Shown: positions 1 to 11,372 of the stretch, piece after piece
Numbering within the stretch: position 1 is the first letter of the stretch
Layout: the number at the start of each line of letters is the position of its first letter
Assembly: GCA_963831325.1 (NCBI GenBank)
Contig: CAWHQA010000004.1
Location: 20,029-84,028, forward strand
Origin: an uncultured Actinomycetes bacterium
GTDB taxonomy: Bacteria > Actinomycetota > UBA4738 > HRBIN12
DNA: 64,000 nucleotides
Direction of reading: 5' to 3'
Notes under the pieces: generated by a model
Database searches by the model: none
What the model saw: only the letters and a program-made list of their open reading frames with translations
Told to the model about the DNA's origin: nothing
Position numbers and translations under genes: made by a program

Positions 1-311
1 TGTGCATCCGCGTCCTCGGCGGCTCGGGTCGTCGTTACGCGGGGGTCGGCGACGTGATCGTCGGCACCGTGAAGGACGCCCTGCCCGGCGGCGGCGTGAA
101 GAAGGGTGAGGTCGTCAAGGCCGTCGTCGTGCGCACGGCCAAGGAGCGCCGGCGCCCCGACGGGTCGTACATCCGCTTCGACGACAATGCCGTCGTGATC
201 ATCACCGACCAGAGGAACCCGCGCGGCACCCGCATCTTCGGACCGGTGGCCCGGGAGCTGCGCGAGAAGCGGTTCATGAAGATCATCTCGCTCGCACCGG
301 AGGTGCTGTAG
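1..311 (+). CDS. rplN: 50S ribosomal protein L14 (5' truncated by window edge)
   Basis: Frame from nt 3 reads [24 protein letters not shown]...RFDDNAVVI...[13 protein letters not shown]...[10 protein letters not shown]. Confidence 0.98.
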   Translation, partial: CIRVLGGSGRRYAGVGDVIVGTVKDALPGGGVKKGEVVKAVVVRTAKERRRPDGSYIRFDDNAVVIITDQRNPRGTRIFGPVARELREKRFMKIISLAPEVL

Positions 312-314
312 CCG

Positions 315-653
315 ATGCCAGGGGTCGACATCAGGAGAGACGACACGGTCCGCGTGATGGCGGGCAAGGATCGCGGCAAGGAAGGCCGCGTGGTGCGAGT
401 CATGCCCGGCGAGGGCCGGATCATGGTCGACGGCGTCGCGCTCGCGAAGAAACACCAGCGCGCGGCAGGCAGGGCGAGCGGCTCCAGCCAAGCGATCCAG
501 CAGGGCGGCATCATCGACGTCGAGATGTTCATCGACATCTCCAACGTGCAGCCGGTCTGCTCGAGTTGCGGCAAACCGACGCGCGTCGGGCACAGGATCG
601 AGAACGACGGCACCAAGGTGCGCATCTGTCGGAAATGCGAGGCGGAGCTATGA
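315..653 (+). CDS. rplX: 50S ribosomal protein L24
   Basis: KOW motif [24 protein letters not shown] end, spc operon order. Confidence 0.97.
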   Translation: MPGVDIRRDDTVRVMAGKDRGKEGRVVRVMPGEGRIMVDGVALAKKHQRAAGRASGSSQAIQQGGIIDVEMFIDISNVQPVCSSCGKPTRVGHRIENDGTKVRICRKCEAEL

Positions 654-1228
654 CCGACGACTACACGCCGAGGTTGAAGCAGCGCTTCCGCGACGAGCTC
701 GTGCCCGCGTTGCAGTCGGAGCTCGGCCTCGACAACGTGATGCAGGTGCCGCGCCTGGACAAGATCGTGGTGAACATGGGGATCGGTGACGCGGTGAAAG
801 ACGCGCGTATGCTTGACGCTGCGGTCGAGGATCTCACGATCATCACGGGCCAGAAGCCCGTCGTCACCAAGGCGCGCAAGTCGATCGCAGGATTCAAGCT
901 CCGCGAGGGCATGCCGATCGGCGCCAAGGTCACGTTGCGAGGCGATCGCATGTGGGAGTTTTACGACCGCCTGGTGTCGCTCGCCCTGCCGCGCATCCGG
1001 GACTTCCGGGGCATGGGGCCGCGCTCGTTCGACGGTCACGGCAACTACACGATGGGCGTCACCGAGCAGCTGATCTTCCCGGAGATCGATTACGACAAGG
1101 TGGCACAAGTGACAGGCATGGACATCACGATCGTGACCACCGCGACAACCGACGACGAGGCACGCAGCCTGTTGGTCGCGCTCGGCTTCCCGCTCGCGGG
1201 GCTCGAGCAAGCCGCGCAGGCAGGCTAG
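650..1228 (+). CDS. rplE: 50S ribosomal protein L5
   Basis: ATG overlaps rplX stop; [41 protein letters not shown]. Confidence 0.98.
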   Translation: MTDDYTPRLKQRFRDELVPALQSELGLDNVMQVPRLDKIVVNMGIGDAVKDARMLDAAVEDLTIITGQKPVVTKARKSIAGFKLREGMPIGAKVTLRGDRMWEFYDRLVSLALPRIRDFRGMGPRSFDGHGNYTMGVTEQLIFPEIDYDKVAQVTGMDITIVTTATTDDEARSLLVALGFPLAGLEQAAQAG

Positions 1229-1239
1229 GAGATACACAC

Positions 1240-1425
1240 ATGGCCAAGAAGGCATTGAAGAACAAGCAACAGCGCCAGCCGAAGTTCCGCGTGCGCGGAT
1301 ACACACGGTGCCAACGATGTGGACGCGCCCGCGCCGTGTACAAGCGGTTCCTGTTGTGCCGGATCTGCTTCCGCGAGCTGGCGCACGCGGGTGAGCTTCC
1401 GGGGGTGACGAAGGCGTCATGGTGA
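1240..1425 (+). CDS. rpsZ: 30S ribosomal protein S14, type Z (zinc-binding)
   Basis: 61 aa MAKKAL...RCQRCGR...[23 protein letters not shown]; RBS AGGAGA. Confidence 0.97.
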   Translation: MAKKALKNKQQRQPKFRVRGYTRCQRCGRARAVYKRFLLCRICFRELAHAGELPGVTKASW

Positions 1426-1844
1426 CCAAGCAACGGCGGTTCTCGAGCAACGTGAACGACCCGGTCGCCGACCTCCTCACGCGTATCCGCAACGCGAACC
1501 TCGCGTTCAAGGACGAGCTGGCGGTGCCCGTGTCCAAGGTGAACGGGGCCGTGCTCGGCATCCTCGAGGCCGAGGGGTACATCGAGGGGTTCGAGCGCGA
1601 CGGCGAGGGAGTGCATCAGGCGTTCCGCGTGCGCTTGAAGTACAGCAAGCAGCGCCAGCGCACGATCAGTGGCATCACCCGCATCTCGACGCCAGGCCGC
1701 CGGGTGTACACGGGGCGGGACAAGCTGCCACGGGTGCTCGGTGGGCTCGGTATCGCGATCGTGTCGACATCGCAGGGAGTCATGACCGACAAGGACGCTT
1801 CCCGCAAGGGCATCGGTGGCGAGGTGCTGGCCCACGTCTGGTAG
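1422..1844 (+). CDS. rpsH: 30S ribosomal protein S8
   Basis: [45 protein letters not shown]; start uncertain (1419, 1422 or 1452). Confidence 0.96.
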   Translation: MTKQRRFSSNVNDPVADLLTRIRNANLAFKDELAVPVSKVNGAVLGILEAEGYIEGFERDGEGVHQAFRVRLKYSKQRQRTISGITRISTPGRRVYTGRDKLPRVLGGLGIAIVSTSQGVMTDKDASRKGIGGEVLAHVW

Positions 1845-1867
1845 GAAGCGATGAAGGAACGGACACG

Positions 1868-2419
1868 ATGAGTCGGATCGGAAAGCAGCCCATAGAGATC
1901 CCGAACGGGGTCGACATCACGGTGGGAGAGGGCAACCTCGTCACGGTGAAAGGTCCTCGCGGCGAGCTCTCGCAGGCGATGCACGCCAACATGAAGATCG
2001 TGGTCGACGACGGCGCCGCCCGCGTCGAACGCCCCGACGACCAGGGTTTCAACCGCGGGCTGCATGGCCTTACGCGCTCCCTGGTGGCCAACATGGTCGA
2101 GGGCGTGACCAAGGGCTTCGAGAAGAAGCTCGAGATCGTGGGTGTCGGCTACCGGGCGGCCATGAAGGGGAAGGACATCGAGGTGCAGGCGGGCTATTCG
2201 CACCCGGTGATGGTGCCGGTGCCCGACGGCATCGAGTTCGAGGTCCCCGCTCCGACGCAGATCGTGGTGCGGGGCAACGACAAACAGGCGGTTGGCGAGA
2301 TCGCCGCCAAGATCCGGAAGATCCGCAAGCCCGAGCCGTACAAGGGCAAGGGCATCCGGTACGAGGGTGAGTACGTGCGCAAGAAGGCCGGCAAGGCCGC
2401 GAAGACAGGTGCTGCGTGA
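1868..2419 (+). CDS. rplF: 50S ribosomal protein L6
   Basis: MSRIGKQPI...[13 protein letters not shown]. Confidence 0.98.
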   Translation: MSRIGKQPIEIPNGVDITVGEGNLVTVKGPRGELSQAMHANMKIVVDDGAARVERPDDQGFNRGLHGLTRSLVANMVEGVTKGFEKKLEIVGVGYRAAMKGKDIEVQAGYSHPVMVPVPDGIEFEVPAPTQIVVRGNDKQAVGEIAAKIRKIRKPEPYKGKGIRYEGEYVRKKAGKAAKTGAA

Positions 2420-2766
2420 TGGCGAGGAACGAGAAGCGAGCGGCGCGAGAGCGCCGCCACACCCGGGTTCGCAAGAAGGTCGCCGGCGATGCCACGCGGC
2501 CTCGTCTGGCCGTGTACCGGTCGAACAAGTTCATCTACGCGCAGCTGATCGACGACGTCTCCGCTCGCACGCTCGCCCAGGTGAGCGACCGCGAGGTCTC
2601 GGGCGACGACAAGACGTCGCGCGCGAAAGCCGCCGGCGAGCTGCTGGCGAGCCGGGCGAAGAGCGCCGGCATCGAGCGCGTCGTGTTCGACCGCGGCGGT
2701 CGGCTGTACCACGGCCGGGTCGCCGCGCTCGCCGACGGTGCGCGTGAGGGAGGACTCCAGATCTGA
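2419..2766 (+). CDS. rplR: 50S ribosomal protein L18
   Basis: [32 protein letters not shown]. Confidence 0.97.
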   Translation: MARNEKRAARERRHTRVRKKVAGDATRPRLAVYRSNKFIYAQLIDDVSARTLAQVSDREVSGDDKTSRAKAAGELLASRAKSAGIERVVFDRGGRLYHGRVAALADGAREGGLQI

Positions 2767-2767
2767 C

Positions 2768-3418
2768 ATGAGCAGGCGATACGACTCGAATCAACAGGAC
2801 CGCAGCCCGTTCGAGGAACGGGTGATCTCGATCAACCGAGTGGCCAAGGTCGTCAAGGGCGGTCGTCGGTTCTCGTTCGCCGCGCTCGTCGTCGTGGGTG
2901 ACGGAGCCGGTCGGGTCGGGCTGGGGTACGGCAAGGCCAAGGAGGTTCCCGCCGCGATCGCCAAGGGCGTCGAGGAGGCCCGCAAGGCCATGTTCGATGT
3001 GCCGATGATGGGCACCACCATCCCGCATGAGGTGATGGGCGAGGCGGGCGCGGGCGTGGTGATGTTGAAGCCCGCCGCTCCCGGAACTGGCGTGATCGCC
3101 GGGGGACCCGTCCGCGCGCTCGTCGAGGCTGCGGGCATCAAGGACATCCTGTCCAAGTCACTCGGCAGCTCGAACCAGATCAACATCGTGAAGGCGGCTG
3201 TCGCCGGGCTTCAGTCGCTTCGCAGACCCCAGCAGGTCGCGGCCCTGCGAGGTCGCGACGTGCACGAGGTCGCGCCCAAGCCCATGCTCGAAGCTGTTGC
3301 CGCAGCCGAGGTGCGTCTCCAGGCCGCGCGTACGGCGGCGCTCGAAGAGGTCTACTCCGACCAACCGTCGTCGCGCGACCAGCGCCGCGGACAGGGACCG
3401 CGCGGGGGCCGTCGATGA
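2768..3418 (+). CDS. rpsE: 30S ribosomal protein S5
   Basis: [34 protein letters not shown]. Confidence 0.98.
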   Translation: MSRRYDSNQQDRSPFEERVISINRVAKVVKGGRRFSFAALVVVGDGAGRVGLGYGKAKEVPAAIAKGVEEARKAMFDVPMMGTTIPHEVMGEAGAGVVMLKPAAPGTGVIAGGPVRALVEAAGIKDILSKSLGSSNQINIVKAAVAGLQSLRRPQQVAALRGRDVHEVAPKPMLEAVAAAEVRLQAARTAALEEVYSDQPSSRDQRRGQGPRGGRR

Positions 3419-3603
3419 GCCGGCTCAAGGTGACGCAGGTGCGCAGCGTGATCGACCGGCCGCGAGACCAGAAGGACACGGTCCGCCGGCTCGGCCTGCA
3501 CCGCATCAACGACACGGTCATCAAGGACGACCGCCCGGAGATCAGAGGCATGATCGACAAGGTCCGCCACCTCGTGAACGTCGAAGAGGTCGAGGGCGCC
3601 TGA
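3415..3603 (+). CDS. rpmD: 50S ribosomal protein L30
   Basis: LKVTQVRS.I...TVRRLGL...[12 protein letters not shown]. Confidence 0.97.
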   Translation: MSRLKVTQVRSVIDRPRDQKDTVRRLGLHRINDTVIKDDRPEIRGMIDKVRHLVNVEEVEGA

Positions 3604-3629
3604 GGCCGCCTTCAAGGAGAGGAACCCAC

Positions 3630-4070
3630 ATGAAGCTCCACCACCTGAAGCCCGCCGAGGGCGCGAAGAAGGCCCGCAAGCGCGTGGGGCGAGGCCGGGC
3701 CGGCGTGCGTGGCAAGACCGCGGGGCGCGGCACGAAGGGGACCGGCGCCCGCAAGAACGTGCCCGCGTGGTTCGAGGGCGGCCAGATGCCGTTGCAGCGA
3801 CGCGTGCCCAAGCTCAAGGGCTTCACCAACGTGAACCGCGTGGAGTACGCCGTGGTCAACGTGGAATTGCTCTCGAAGTATTACGAGAGCGGCGAGGTCA
3901 CACCCGATGCCCTGATCGCGCACGGTCTCGTGCACAAGGACATGCCGGTCAAGGTCCTCGCTCGTGGTGACATCGATCACGCGCTCACGGTGAAGGCACA
4001 CGCGTTCTCCGAAGCGGCGAAAGCGAAGATCGAGCAGGCCGGCGGGCGCGCCGAACTCATCGAGCGCTAG
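3630..4070 (+). CDS. rplO: 50S ribosomal protein L15
   Basis: [35 protein letters not shown]; RBS AAGGAGAGG. Confidence 0.98.
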   Translation: MKLHHLKPAEGAKKARKRVGRGRAGVRGKTAGRGTKGTGARKNVPAWFEGGQMPLQRRVPKLKGFTNVNRVEYAVVNVELLSKYYESGEVTPDALIAHGLVHKDMPVKVLARGDIDHALTVKAHAFSEAAKAKIEQAGGRAELIER

Positions 4071-4093
4071 TTGCCGGGGTACGATAGACGCCC

Positions 4094-5377
4094 GTGCTGA
4101 AAGCTTTCCTCAACGCGTTCCGGCTTCCGGACCTTCGAAACAAGATCCTCTTCACGCTGTTCATCATCGCCGTCTATCGGTTCGGGTCTTACGTGCCGGT
4201 GCCGGTGGTCGACTTCGCGCGCATCCGCTCTGCGCTCGATGCGGGCGAGGGCGGCTTCCTGCAGTTGATCAACCTGTTCTCGGGCGGCGCGCTCGGGCAG
4301 ATGGCGGTGTTCGGGCTCGGCATCATGCCGTACATCACGAGCTCGATCATCATGCAGCTGCTGACCGTGGTGATCCCGAAGCTCCAGACGCTGCAAGACC
4401 AGGGCGAGATCGGCGTCAAGAAGATCAACCAATACACGCGGTATGTCACGGTCGTTCTTGCGATCCTGCAGTCGACGGGCATCGTCTTCCTGTTCCACTC
4501 CGGGGGCACGGGGCTGCCCGATCCTTTCCCGACCGGCACGTTCACCCCTCCGAACATCGCGCTCATCGTGCTCACACTGACCGCGGGCACGGCCATGATC
4601 ATGTGGCTGGGCGAGCTCATCACGCAGCGGGGCGTCGGCAACGGCATGTCGATCCTGATCTTCACGAGCGTCATCGCATCGCTGCCGGGTGAGGGCAATG
4701 CCATCCTGCGGCAGGGTGGCCCCCTCAAGTTCTCGGTGATCATGTTGATCGGTCTCGGCATCATCGTGGCGGTCGTGTTCATGGACCAAGGGCAGCGCCG
4801 CATCCCGATCCAGTACGCCAAGCGCATCGTCGGGCGCAAGATGACGACCGGTGGCAGCACCTACCTGCCACTCAAGGTCAATCAGGCGGGCGTGATCCCG
4901 ATCATCTTCGCGACGTCGGTGATGTACATGCCGGTGCTGCTCGGCAGTATCGTGCCGTGGCAGGGCTTCCAGAGCTTCGTCACGAAGTACCTCAACGCCA
5001 ACGACCCGACGTACGTGTACATGGTTGTGCTGGCGACGATGATCGTCTTCTTCGCCTACTTCTACACGGCCATCAGCTTCGATCCGGTGAAACAGGCTGA
5101 CAACCTCCGCAAGCAAGGCGGGTTCATCCCCGGCATCCGCCCGGGCGGGCCGACCGCGACCTACCTCAACGACATCCTCGTACGCATCACGCTGCCGGGC
5201 GCCCTGTTCCTCGCTGCCATCGCACTCGTGCCGACCATCGTGTTCCGCTTCTGGGACTTCCAGCAGTTCCCGTTCGGTGGCACGTCGGTGCTGATCGCGG
5301 TCGGGGTGGCGCTCGAGACGATGAAGCAGATCGAATCCCAGCTGCTCATGCGGCACTACGAAGGTTTCCTGAAGTAG
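4094..5377 (+). CDS. secY: Preprotein translocase subunit SecY
   Basis: LGIMPYITSSII.QLL, WLGELIT.RG.GNG.S, GFIPGIRPG, FGGTSVLI; multi-pass hydrophobic. Confidence 0.98.
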   Translation: MLKAFLNAFRLPDLRNKILFTLFIIAVYRFGSYVPVPVVDFARIRSALDAGEGGFLQLINLFSGGALGQMAVFGLGIMPYITSSIIMQLLTVVIPKLQTLQDQGEIGVKKINQYTRYVTVVLAILQSTGIVFLFHSGGTGLPDPFPTGTFTPPNIALIVLTLTAGTAMIMWLGELITQRGVGNGMSILIFTSVIASLPGEGNAILRQGGPLKFSVIMLIGLGIIVAVVFMDQGQRRIPIQYAKRIVGRKMTTGGSTYLPLKVNQAGVIPIIFATSVMYMPVLLGSIVPWQGFQSFVTKYLNANDPTYVYMVVLATMIVFFAYFYTAISFDPVKQADNLRKQGGFIPGIRPGGPTATYLNDILVRITLPGALFLAAIALVPTIVFRFWDFQQFPFGGTSVLIAVGVALETMKQIESQLLMRHYEGFLK

Positions 5378-5383
5378 GCGCCG

Positions 5384-6034
5384 ATGCGGCTGGTGCTGCT
5401 CGGACCTCCGGGGGCTGGCAAAGGAACGCAGGCCCAGCAGTTGATCGAGCGCTTCGACATCCCCCAGATCTCGACCGGTGACATCCTGCGTGAGCACGTG
5501 CAGCGGGGCTCCGGCCTCGGCATCAGGGCGCGCGCGTACATGGACCGAGGCGAGTACGTGCCCGACGAGCTCGTGGTGCGTATGGTCATGGATCGCCTTG
5601 CACACGCCGACGCAGAGCCCGGCTTCATCCTCGACGGGTTCCCGCGTACCGTGCCCCAGGCTGATGCGCTCGAGGCCGCCCTCGACCAGGTCGGCAGGCC
5701 GTTGTCGGCGGTGCTGCGGTTCGCGATCAGCGACGACATGGCCGTTCGGCGCCTCTTGAACCGGTGGACCTGCCCCGCGTGCAAGCGCACATACAACATG
5801 GAGTTCAAGCGCCCCGCGAACGACCGCGTCTGCGACGCCGACGGCACGGAGCTCGAGCGCCGCTCCGACGATGACGAGCTCACGGTGCGACGTCGGCTCG
5901 CCTTGTACCGCGAGCAGACCGCGCCCCTCGAGGCCTTCTACCGAGAGCGGGATCTGCTCATCGAGATCGACGCCGAGGTGCTCGAAGGCGAAGTCGCCGA
6001 TCGCACGACCCGCGCGCTCGAGGACCGCACATGA
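5384..6034 (+). CDS. adk: Adenylate kinase (long, LID-containing)
   Basis: GPPGAGKGTQ P-loop, ISTGDILR, LDGFPRT, CxxC...CxxD lid. Confidence 0.97.
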   Translation: MRLVLLGPPGAGKGTQAQQLIERFDIPQISTGDILREHVQRGSGLGIRARAYMDRGEYVPDELVVRMVMDRLAHADAEPGFILDGFPRTVPQADALEAALDQVGRPLSAVLRFAISDDMAVRRLLNRWTCPACKRTYNMEFKRPANDRVCDADGTELERRSDDDELTVRRRLALYREQTAPLEAFYRERDLLIEIDAEVLEGEVADRTTRALEDRT

Positions 6035-6792
6035 TCATCCGGAAGTCTCCGCAGGAGCTCGATCGCATGCGGCGCGCCGGGCGTATCGTTGCCGGCACGA
6101 TCTCGGCCGTGCTCGATGCTGTTCGCCCAGGTGTGACCACGGCCGATCTCGACGAGGTCGCCGAGACCTACATCCGCGGGCAGAACGCGACGCCGTCGTT
6201 CAAGGGCTACCGAGGCACGTATCCGGCAACGATCTGCGCATCGATCGACAGTGAGATCGTGCACGGCATCCCCTCTGCGGCTCGCACGCTCGAGGAAGGT
6301 CAGCTGCTCTCGCTCGACTTCGGTGCGATCTGGGACGGGTTCCACGCGGACTCAGCCGTCAGCGTGTTCGTGGGTGGGGTGTCACCGAGCGAGGAAGCGG
6401 CGAGACTCATGAAGACCACCGAGGAAGCGCTGGACGCGGGCATCGCCGCGGTGCAGCCTGGTGGTCGTCTGTCCGATATCGGCCACGCGATCGAATCGGT
6501 GGCCGGGTCGGCTGGCCTCGGCATCGTGCGGGAGTACGGCGGGCACGGCATCGGCCGCTCGATGCACGAGGATCCGTTCATCCAGAACTTCGGCCGGCCC
6601 GGCCGGGGACCGGAACTGCGCCCAGGGCTCGTGATCGCGATCGAACCGATGCTGATGCTCGGTGACGAGCGGACCCGCGTGCTGGCCGACGAGTGGACCG
6701 TCGTGACCGTCGACGGTTCCCTGGCCGCTCACTTCGAGCACACCGTGGCCATGACCGAACACGGTCGTGAGGTGCTCACCCTCCGCGACTGA
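6031..6792 (+). CDS. map: Type I methionine aminopeptidase
   Basis: [34 protein letters not shown]. Confidence 0.97.
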   Translation: MIIRKSPQELDRMRRAGRIVAGTISAVLDAVRPGVTTADLDEVAETYIRGQNATPSFKGYRGTYPATICASIDSEIVHGIPSAARTLEEGQLLSLDFGAIWDGFHADSAVSVFVGGVSPSEEAARLMKTTEEALDAGIAAVQPGGRLSDIGHAIESVAGSAGLGIVREYGGHGIGRSMHEDPFIQNFGRPGRGPELRPGLVIAIEPMLMLGDERTRVLADEWTVVTVDGSLAAHFEHTVAMTEHGREVLTLRD

Positions 6793-6802
6793 CCTGCTGT
6801 CA

Positions 6803-6832
6803 TGGACGTTTCCGCTGGTCGGCCCCTATACT
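6803..6832 (+). promoter_or_regulatory. Putative sigma-A promoter for infA-rpmJ-rpsMK
   Basis: TGGACG-N18-TATACT in the map-infA intergenic region. Confidence 0.6.
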
Positions 6833-6914
6833 GACCTCTCGCGCCTCCCGGAGGGTGTTGCCGCACGTCCCGGGCGTCGGGGCGAGAACCCGTTCGAGAG
6901 GGAACTGCTGGAGC

Positions 6915-7133
6915 GTGCCGAAGAAAGACGCGATCGAGGTCGAGGGAACGGTCATCGAGCCGCTGCCCAACGCCATGTTCCGGGTTGAGCTCGAGAACGG
7001 ACACAAGGTGCTGGCTCACATCTCCGGGAAGATGAGGATGCACTACATCCGCATCCTGCCCGGCGACCGGGTGCTGGTGGAGCTTTCGCCGTACGACCTC
7101 ACACGAGGCCGTGTGGTGTACAGATACAAGTAG
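6915..7133 (+). CDS. infA: Translation initiation factor IF-1
   Basis: 72 aa from GTG: [36 protein letters not shown]...PYDLTRGR. Confidence 0.98.
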   Translation: MPKKDAIEVEGTVIEPLPNAMFRVELENGHKVLAHISGKMRMHYIRILPGDRVLVELSPYDLTRGRVVYRYK

Positions 7134-7163
7134 GCGGGCGCGACTCGATAGGGTGATGAGCAG

Positions 7164-7277
7164 ATGAAGGTCCGACCCAGTGTCAAGAAGATGTGCGACC
7201 GGTGCCGCGTGATCCGGCGCAGGGGCAACATCTTGGTCATCTGCACGAACCCACGGCACAAGCAACGACAGGGCTAG
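7164..7277 (+). CDS. rpmJ: 50S ribosomal protein L36 (not in ORF track)
   Basis: Manual translation [37 protein letters not shown]. Confidence 0.97.
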   Translation: MKVRPSVKKMCDRCRVIRRRGNILVICTNPRHKQRQG

Positions 7278-7292
7278 GAGCGAGGAGCAGGC

Positions 7293-7673
7293 ATGGCTCG
7301 GATCGCAGGCGTCGACCTTCCGCGTGACAAGCGGCTCGACATCGCGCTGACCTACATCTATGGCATCGGCGACCCCGGTGCGAAGGCGATCGTGACGGGA
7401 TCCGGCGTCGATGGCGCGACCAAGGTGCGCGACCTCGCCGAGGACGAAGTGCTCAAGATCCGCGCGTACATCGATGCGAACCACAAGGTCGAGGGTGACC
7501 TTCGGCGTGAGGTAGCCCAAGACATCAAGCGCAAGATCGAGATCGGGTGCTACCAGGGTGTCCGTCACCGGCGAGCGCTGCCGGTACGGGGTCAGCGCAC
7601 GCACACGAACGCTCGCACCCGGAAAGGCCCGAAGAAGGCGATCGCCGGCAGGAAGAAGGCGACCAAGAAGTAG
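7293..7673 (+). CDS. rpsM: 30S ribosomal protein S13
   Basis: [13 protein letters not shown]...[17 protein letters not shown]. Confidence 0.98.
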   Translation: MARIAGVDLPRDKRLDIALTYIYGIGDPGAKAIVTGSGVDGATKVRDLAEDEVLKIRAYIDANHKVEGDLRREVAQDIKRKIEIGCYQGVRHRRALPVRGQRTHTNARTRKGPKKAIAGRKKATKK

Positions 7674-7711
7674 CGTCCAGCTAGGACGACGACGTAGGGA
7701 GCTGCACACGC

Positions 7712-8104
7712 ATGGCGAAGCCGAAAGTGAAGAAGACCAAGCGTCGCGAGAAGAAGCACGTCGTTCACGGACAGGCACACATCACGTCGACGTTCAACAA
7801 CACCATCGTCACCATCACCGACCTGCAGGGCAACACGGTGTCGTGGGCCAGTGCCGGCAACGTCGGTTTCAAGGGTTCGCGCAAGTCGACCCCGTTCGCG
7901 GCGCAGCTCGCCGCCGAGAAGGCCGCGCGCGCGGCTCAGGAGCACGGGTTGCAGAAGGTCGATGTGTTCGTGAAGGGCCCAGGTTCCGGGCGCGAGACGG
8001 CGATCCGTTCGCTGGCCGCGGCTGGACTCGAGGTCACAGGCATCCAAGATGTCACGCCGGTGCCGCACAACGGCTGCCGGCCGCGCAAGCGCCGCCGGGT
8101 CTAG
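7712..8104 (+). CDS. rpsK: 30S ribosomal protein S11
   Basis: [37 protein letters not shown]. Confidence 0.98.
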   Translation: MAKPKVKKTKRREKKHVVHGQAHITSTFNNTIVTITDLQGNTVSWASAGNVGFKGSRKSTPFAAQLAAEKAARAAQEHGLQKVDVFVKGPGSGRETAIRSLAAAGLEVTGIQDVTPVPHNGCRPRKRRRV

Positions 8105-8196
8105 CCGGGCGGCGCACCCCGCGGCGATCCGGTCGCCGCGGGAAATACGACGCGGGGTAGGAATGGATGATCCCCCGCCGAAGGAGGAACCACCGC

Positions 8197-9126
8197 ATGT
8201 TCATCGTCGCAAGGCCTCAGATCTCCGAAGAGGTCGTCTCGCCGATCCGCTCTCGGTTCGCGATCGAGCCGCTCGAGCCGGGGTTCGGCTATACCGTCGG
8301 CAACTCACTCCGTCGCACGCTGCTCTCGTCGATCCCCGGCGCCGCCATCTCGTCGGTGCGCATCGATGGCGTGCTCCACGAGTTCTCGACCGTCCCGAAG
8401 GTGACCGAGGACGTCACCGACATCATCCTGAACCTCAAGGAGCTGGTGGCTCGGTCCGAGCTCGAAGAGCCGACCACCGTCTACCTGAAGGCCAAAGGTC
8501 CGGCCGAAGTCACGGCCGGCGACATCGCCCCGCCGGCGGGAGTCGAGGTGTTGAACCCCGACCTGCACATCGCCACCCTCGGCAAGGGTGCGAGCCTCGA
8601 GATGGAGATGACGGTCGAGCGTGGTGTCGGCTACCGCATGGCCGACAAGAACAAGAAGCCCCGCGATCCGATCGGCGTGATCCCGGTCGACTCGATCTTC
8701 TCGCCGGTACGCAAGGTGAGCTACGCGGTCGAGAACACACGTGTGGAGCAGATGACCGACCGCGACCGCTTGATCCTCGACGTCGAGACCGACGGCTCGA
8801 TCACGCCTCGTGAGGCGGTGGCTTCGGCCGGTGGCACCCTTCTCGAGCTGGTCACGCTCTTCAGCGAGCTGGCCGAGGCCGCGAGCGTCACCGTCGGGCC
8901 TGCTGAGGACGACGAGGTGCCGGGGGACTACGGCATCACCATCGAGGAGCTCAACCTGTCGGTGCGCTCCTACAACTGCCTCAAGCGCGAGGGTATCAAC
9001 GCCGTTGGCGACCTGGTGTTGAAGAGTGAGTCCGAGCTCATGGACATCCGCAACTTCGGTCAGAAGTCGATCGACGAGGTGAAGGCCAAGCTCGAAGAGC
9101 TGGGCCTCGGACTGCGGGAGGAGTAG
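8197..9126 (+). CDS. rpoA: RNA polymerase alpha subunit
   Basis: RBS AAGGAGG; [49 protein letters not shown]. Confidence 0.98.
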   Translation: MFIVARPQISEEVVSPIRSRFAIEPLEPGFGYTVGNSLRRTLLSSIPGAAISSVRIDGVLHEFSTVPKVTEDVTDIILNLKELVARSELEEPTTVYLKAKGPAEVTAGDIAPPAGVEVLNPDLHIATLGKGASLEMEMTVERGVGYRMADKNKKPRDPIGVIPVDSIFSPVRKVSYAVENTRVEQMTDRDRLILDVETDGSITPREAVASAGGTLLELVTLFSELAEAASVTVGPAEDDEVPGDYGITIEELNLSVRSYNCLKREGINAVGDLVLKSESELMDIRNFGQKSIDEVKAKLEELGLGLREE

Positions 9127-9129
9127 CAG

Positions 9130-9492
9130 GTGCCCAAGCCCAAGAAGGGCCCTCGCCTCGGATCGAACCCGGGCCATCAACGACTGTTGCTCGCAACGTT
9201 GGCGGCCCAGCTGTTCACGCACGAGGCGATCGACACCACCGAGGCCAAGGCCAAGGCGCTGCGCCCGTACGCCGAGAAGCTCATCACCAAGGCGAAGAAG
9301 GGCGATCTCGCCGCCCGCCGCGACGTGCTGAAGGACATCACCGACCGTGATGTGGTGGCGCGCCTGTTCCACGAGATCGGGCCGCGTTTCGAAGAGCGCA
9401 GCGGAGGATACACGCGCATCCTGAAGCTCGGGCCTCGCAAGGGTGACGCCGCGCCGATGGCGCGTATCGAGCTGGTCGATCGCGGCGACTAG
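9130..9492 (+). CDS. rplQ: 50S ribosomal protein L17
   Basis: [41 protein letters not shown]. Confidence 0.98.
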   Translation: MPKPKKGPRLGSNPGHQRLLLATLAAQLFTHEAIDTTEAKAKALRPYAEKLITKAKKGDLAARRDVLKDITDRDVVARLFHEIGPRFEERSGGYTRILKLGPRKGDAAPMARIELVDRGD

Positions 9493-9542
9493 CGAGCAAG
9501 CCGACGGCGAGGAACGCCGCGGCCGTCGGGCATACTCGGGCG

Positions 9543-10307
9543 ATGCGTGAGCGCATCATCCGATTGTTGCTGGCTTACGACGGCACGGGGTTCCGAGGGT
9601 GGGCGGCTCAGCGCGATCCGGCCATCAGGACCGTCGAGGGGGTGTTCACCGAGGCGCTCGAAGCGCTGCTGAGGGAGACTGTTCGTCTCTCGGTGGCCGG
9701 ACGGACCGACGCCGGGGTTCACGCTCGTGGCCAGGTTGCCTCGTTCACTACGACCTCCGGTCGGGGCACACGCTCGATCCGCGATGCGCTCAACGGACGA
9801 CTCGGACCCGAGGCGGTGGTTCACTCGGCCACCGAGGTTCGAGCGGGATTCGATGCCCGCTTCTCGGCGACGGCTCGGGAGTATCGCTATCGGATCAACA
9901 TCGGCGATGTGCCCGATCCGTTCCTCGCTCGCTTCGAATGGCACCACCCGTGCGCTCCCGACCTTCGGGCCATGCGTGTCGCCGCTCGACACCTTGTGGG
10001 TGAGCGCGACTTCGCCTCTTTCTGCCGGCATCCGGGGGCGGGCAGGCCGACCGTGCGCGATCTCCAGCGGGCGAGCGTCATGCGTCACGGCGACGGTCTC
10101 GAGCTGGGATTCCGCGCGAACGCGTTCCTCCATCAGATGGTGCGCGCGCTGACGGGCACCCTCATCGCCGTCGGCCGGGGCGAGATCGACCCTGAGACGA
10201 TGCCGGCGATCCTCGACGCTCGGGATCGAGCTGCGGCGCGACACATCGCCCCGCCGCATGGGCTCACGCTCGAACGGGTCGTTTATGGCCGACGAGCACG
10301 CCGATGA
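9543..10307 (+). CDS. truA: tRNA pseudouridine(38-40) synthase
   Basis: AYDGTGF.GW, AGRTDAGVHA, FDARFSA, FLHQMVR. Confidence 0.97.
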   Translation: MRERIIRLLLAYDGTGFRGWAAQRDPAIRTVEGVFTEALEALLRETVRLSVAGRTDAGVHARGQVASFTTTSGRGTRSIRDALNGRLGPEAVVHSATEVRAGFDARFSATAREYRYRINIGDVPDPFLARFEWHHPCAPDLRAMRVAARHLVGERDFASFCRHPGAGRPTVRDLQRASVMRHGDGLELGFRANAFLHQMVRALTGTLIAVGRGEIDPETMPAILDARDRAAARHIAPPHGLTLERVVYGRRARR

Positions 10308-10331
10308 ACCTCGCGGACCTGCGCGTCTGCT

Positions 10332-10361
10332 TTGACGCCGCTGCGCTCGCGAGGGTAGTCT
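10332..10361 (+). promoter_or_regulatory. Sigma-A promoter of rplM-rpsI
   Basis: TTGACG-N18-TAGTCT, followed by a short leader with a GC hairpin (cggccggga...tcctggccg). Confidence 0.7.
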
Positions 10362-10402
10362 GACGCGTCGGCCGGGAGCCTTCCTGGCCGATATCCACGT
10401 CT

Positions 10403-10954
10403 ATGAAGACCTACTCTCCGAAGCCTGAGCACATCGAACGCCGCTGGTACGTCATCGACGCCAGCGGCAAGGTGCTGGGCCGCGTGGCGTCGGAGGCTGC
10501 AGCGCTGTTGCGGGGCAAGCATAAGCCGATCTTCGCTCCGCACATGGACACGGGCGATCACGTGATCATCGTCAACGCCGACAAGGTCGAGCTCACCGGC
10601 GGCAAGGAGTTGAAGAAGTTCGCGTACCGGCATTCCGGGTACCCAGGCGGCATCACGGCGACTCGCTATGACGACCTGATGCGGGACCGGCCCGTGTTCG
10701 CCGTCGAGAAGGCGATCAGAGGCATGTTGCCCAAGAACCGTCTCGGACGCTCGATGATCCGCAAGCTGCACGTCGTGCCCGGCCCGGAGCACCCGCATGC
10801 TGCGCAGCAGCCGGTCGCCTACACCCTGGGTGAGCCCCCGATGTGGCCGGGACTGCCGGCAAAGCGTGCTCCGAAGGCGCCGACCCGTGCGCCCGAGGCA
10901 CAGGCAACGACCGAACCGATCCCGGCCGCGACCACCGACGACACCGAGGAGTGA
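10403..10954 (+). CDS. rplM: 50S ribosomal protein L13
   Basis: [35 protein letters not shown]; C-terminal extension. Confidence 0.98.
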   Translation: MKTYSPKPEHIERRWYVIDASGKVLGRVASEAAALLRGKHKPIFAPHMDTGDHVIIVNADKVELTGGKELKKFAYRHSGYPGGITATRYDDLMRDRPVFAVEKAIRGMLPKNRLGRSMIRKLHVVPGPEHPHAAQQPVAYTLGEPPMWPGLPAKRAPKAPTRAPEAQATTEPIPAATTDDTEE

Positions 10955-10958
10955 GTAC

Positions 10959-11354
10959 GTGGCTGTGACCCCCGCGAAGATCTCGACAGGCCGACGCAAG
11001 GAGGCCGTCGCACGGATCCGACTCGTCCCGGGCACCGGTGAGTTCGCGATCAACGGCCGGAACCTCGAGGAGTACTTCCCGACCCGCGTGCACCGCATGG
11101 TGGTGCAGTCCCCGTTGCGGTTGGCGGGTCGCGACAAGGAGTTCGACGTGGTCGCCACGATCAAGGGCGGTGGCGTGAGTGGTCAGGCCGGCGCCATCCG
11201 GCTGGGTATCGCGCGCGCCCTGATCGATCTCGATCCCGAGCTACGAGCGCAGATGAAGGCCGAGGGCTTCCTCACCCGCGACGCGCGTGAGAAGGAACGT
11301 CGCAAGTACGGGTTGAAGAAGGCCCGCAAGGCACCGCAGTACTCCAAGCGCTGA
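10959..11354 (+). CDS. rpsI: 30S ribosomal protein S9
   Basis: GTG after RBS GAGGAG; [37 protein letters not shown]. Confidence 0.98.
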   Translation: MAVTPAKISTGRRKEAVARIRLVPGTGEFAINGRNLEEYFPTRVHRMVVQSPLRLAGRDKEFDVVATIKGGGVSGQAGAIRLGIARALIDLDPELRAQMKAEGFLTRDAREKERRKYGLKKARKAPQYSKR

Positions 11355-11372
11355 GGCGGCGGGCGGGTCCGC

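Noticed and set aside
35-1582. Long antisense ORFs (also 4067-5605, 29939-31750, 56736-58562 and others)
   Set aside because: Shadow ORFs opposite well-supported genes, expected from high-GC codon bias.
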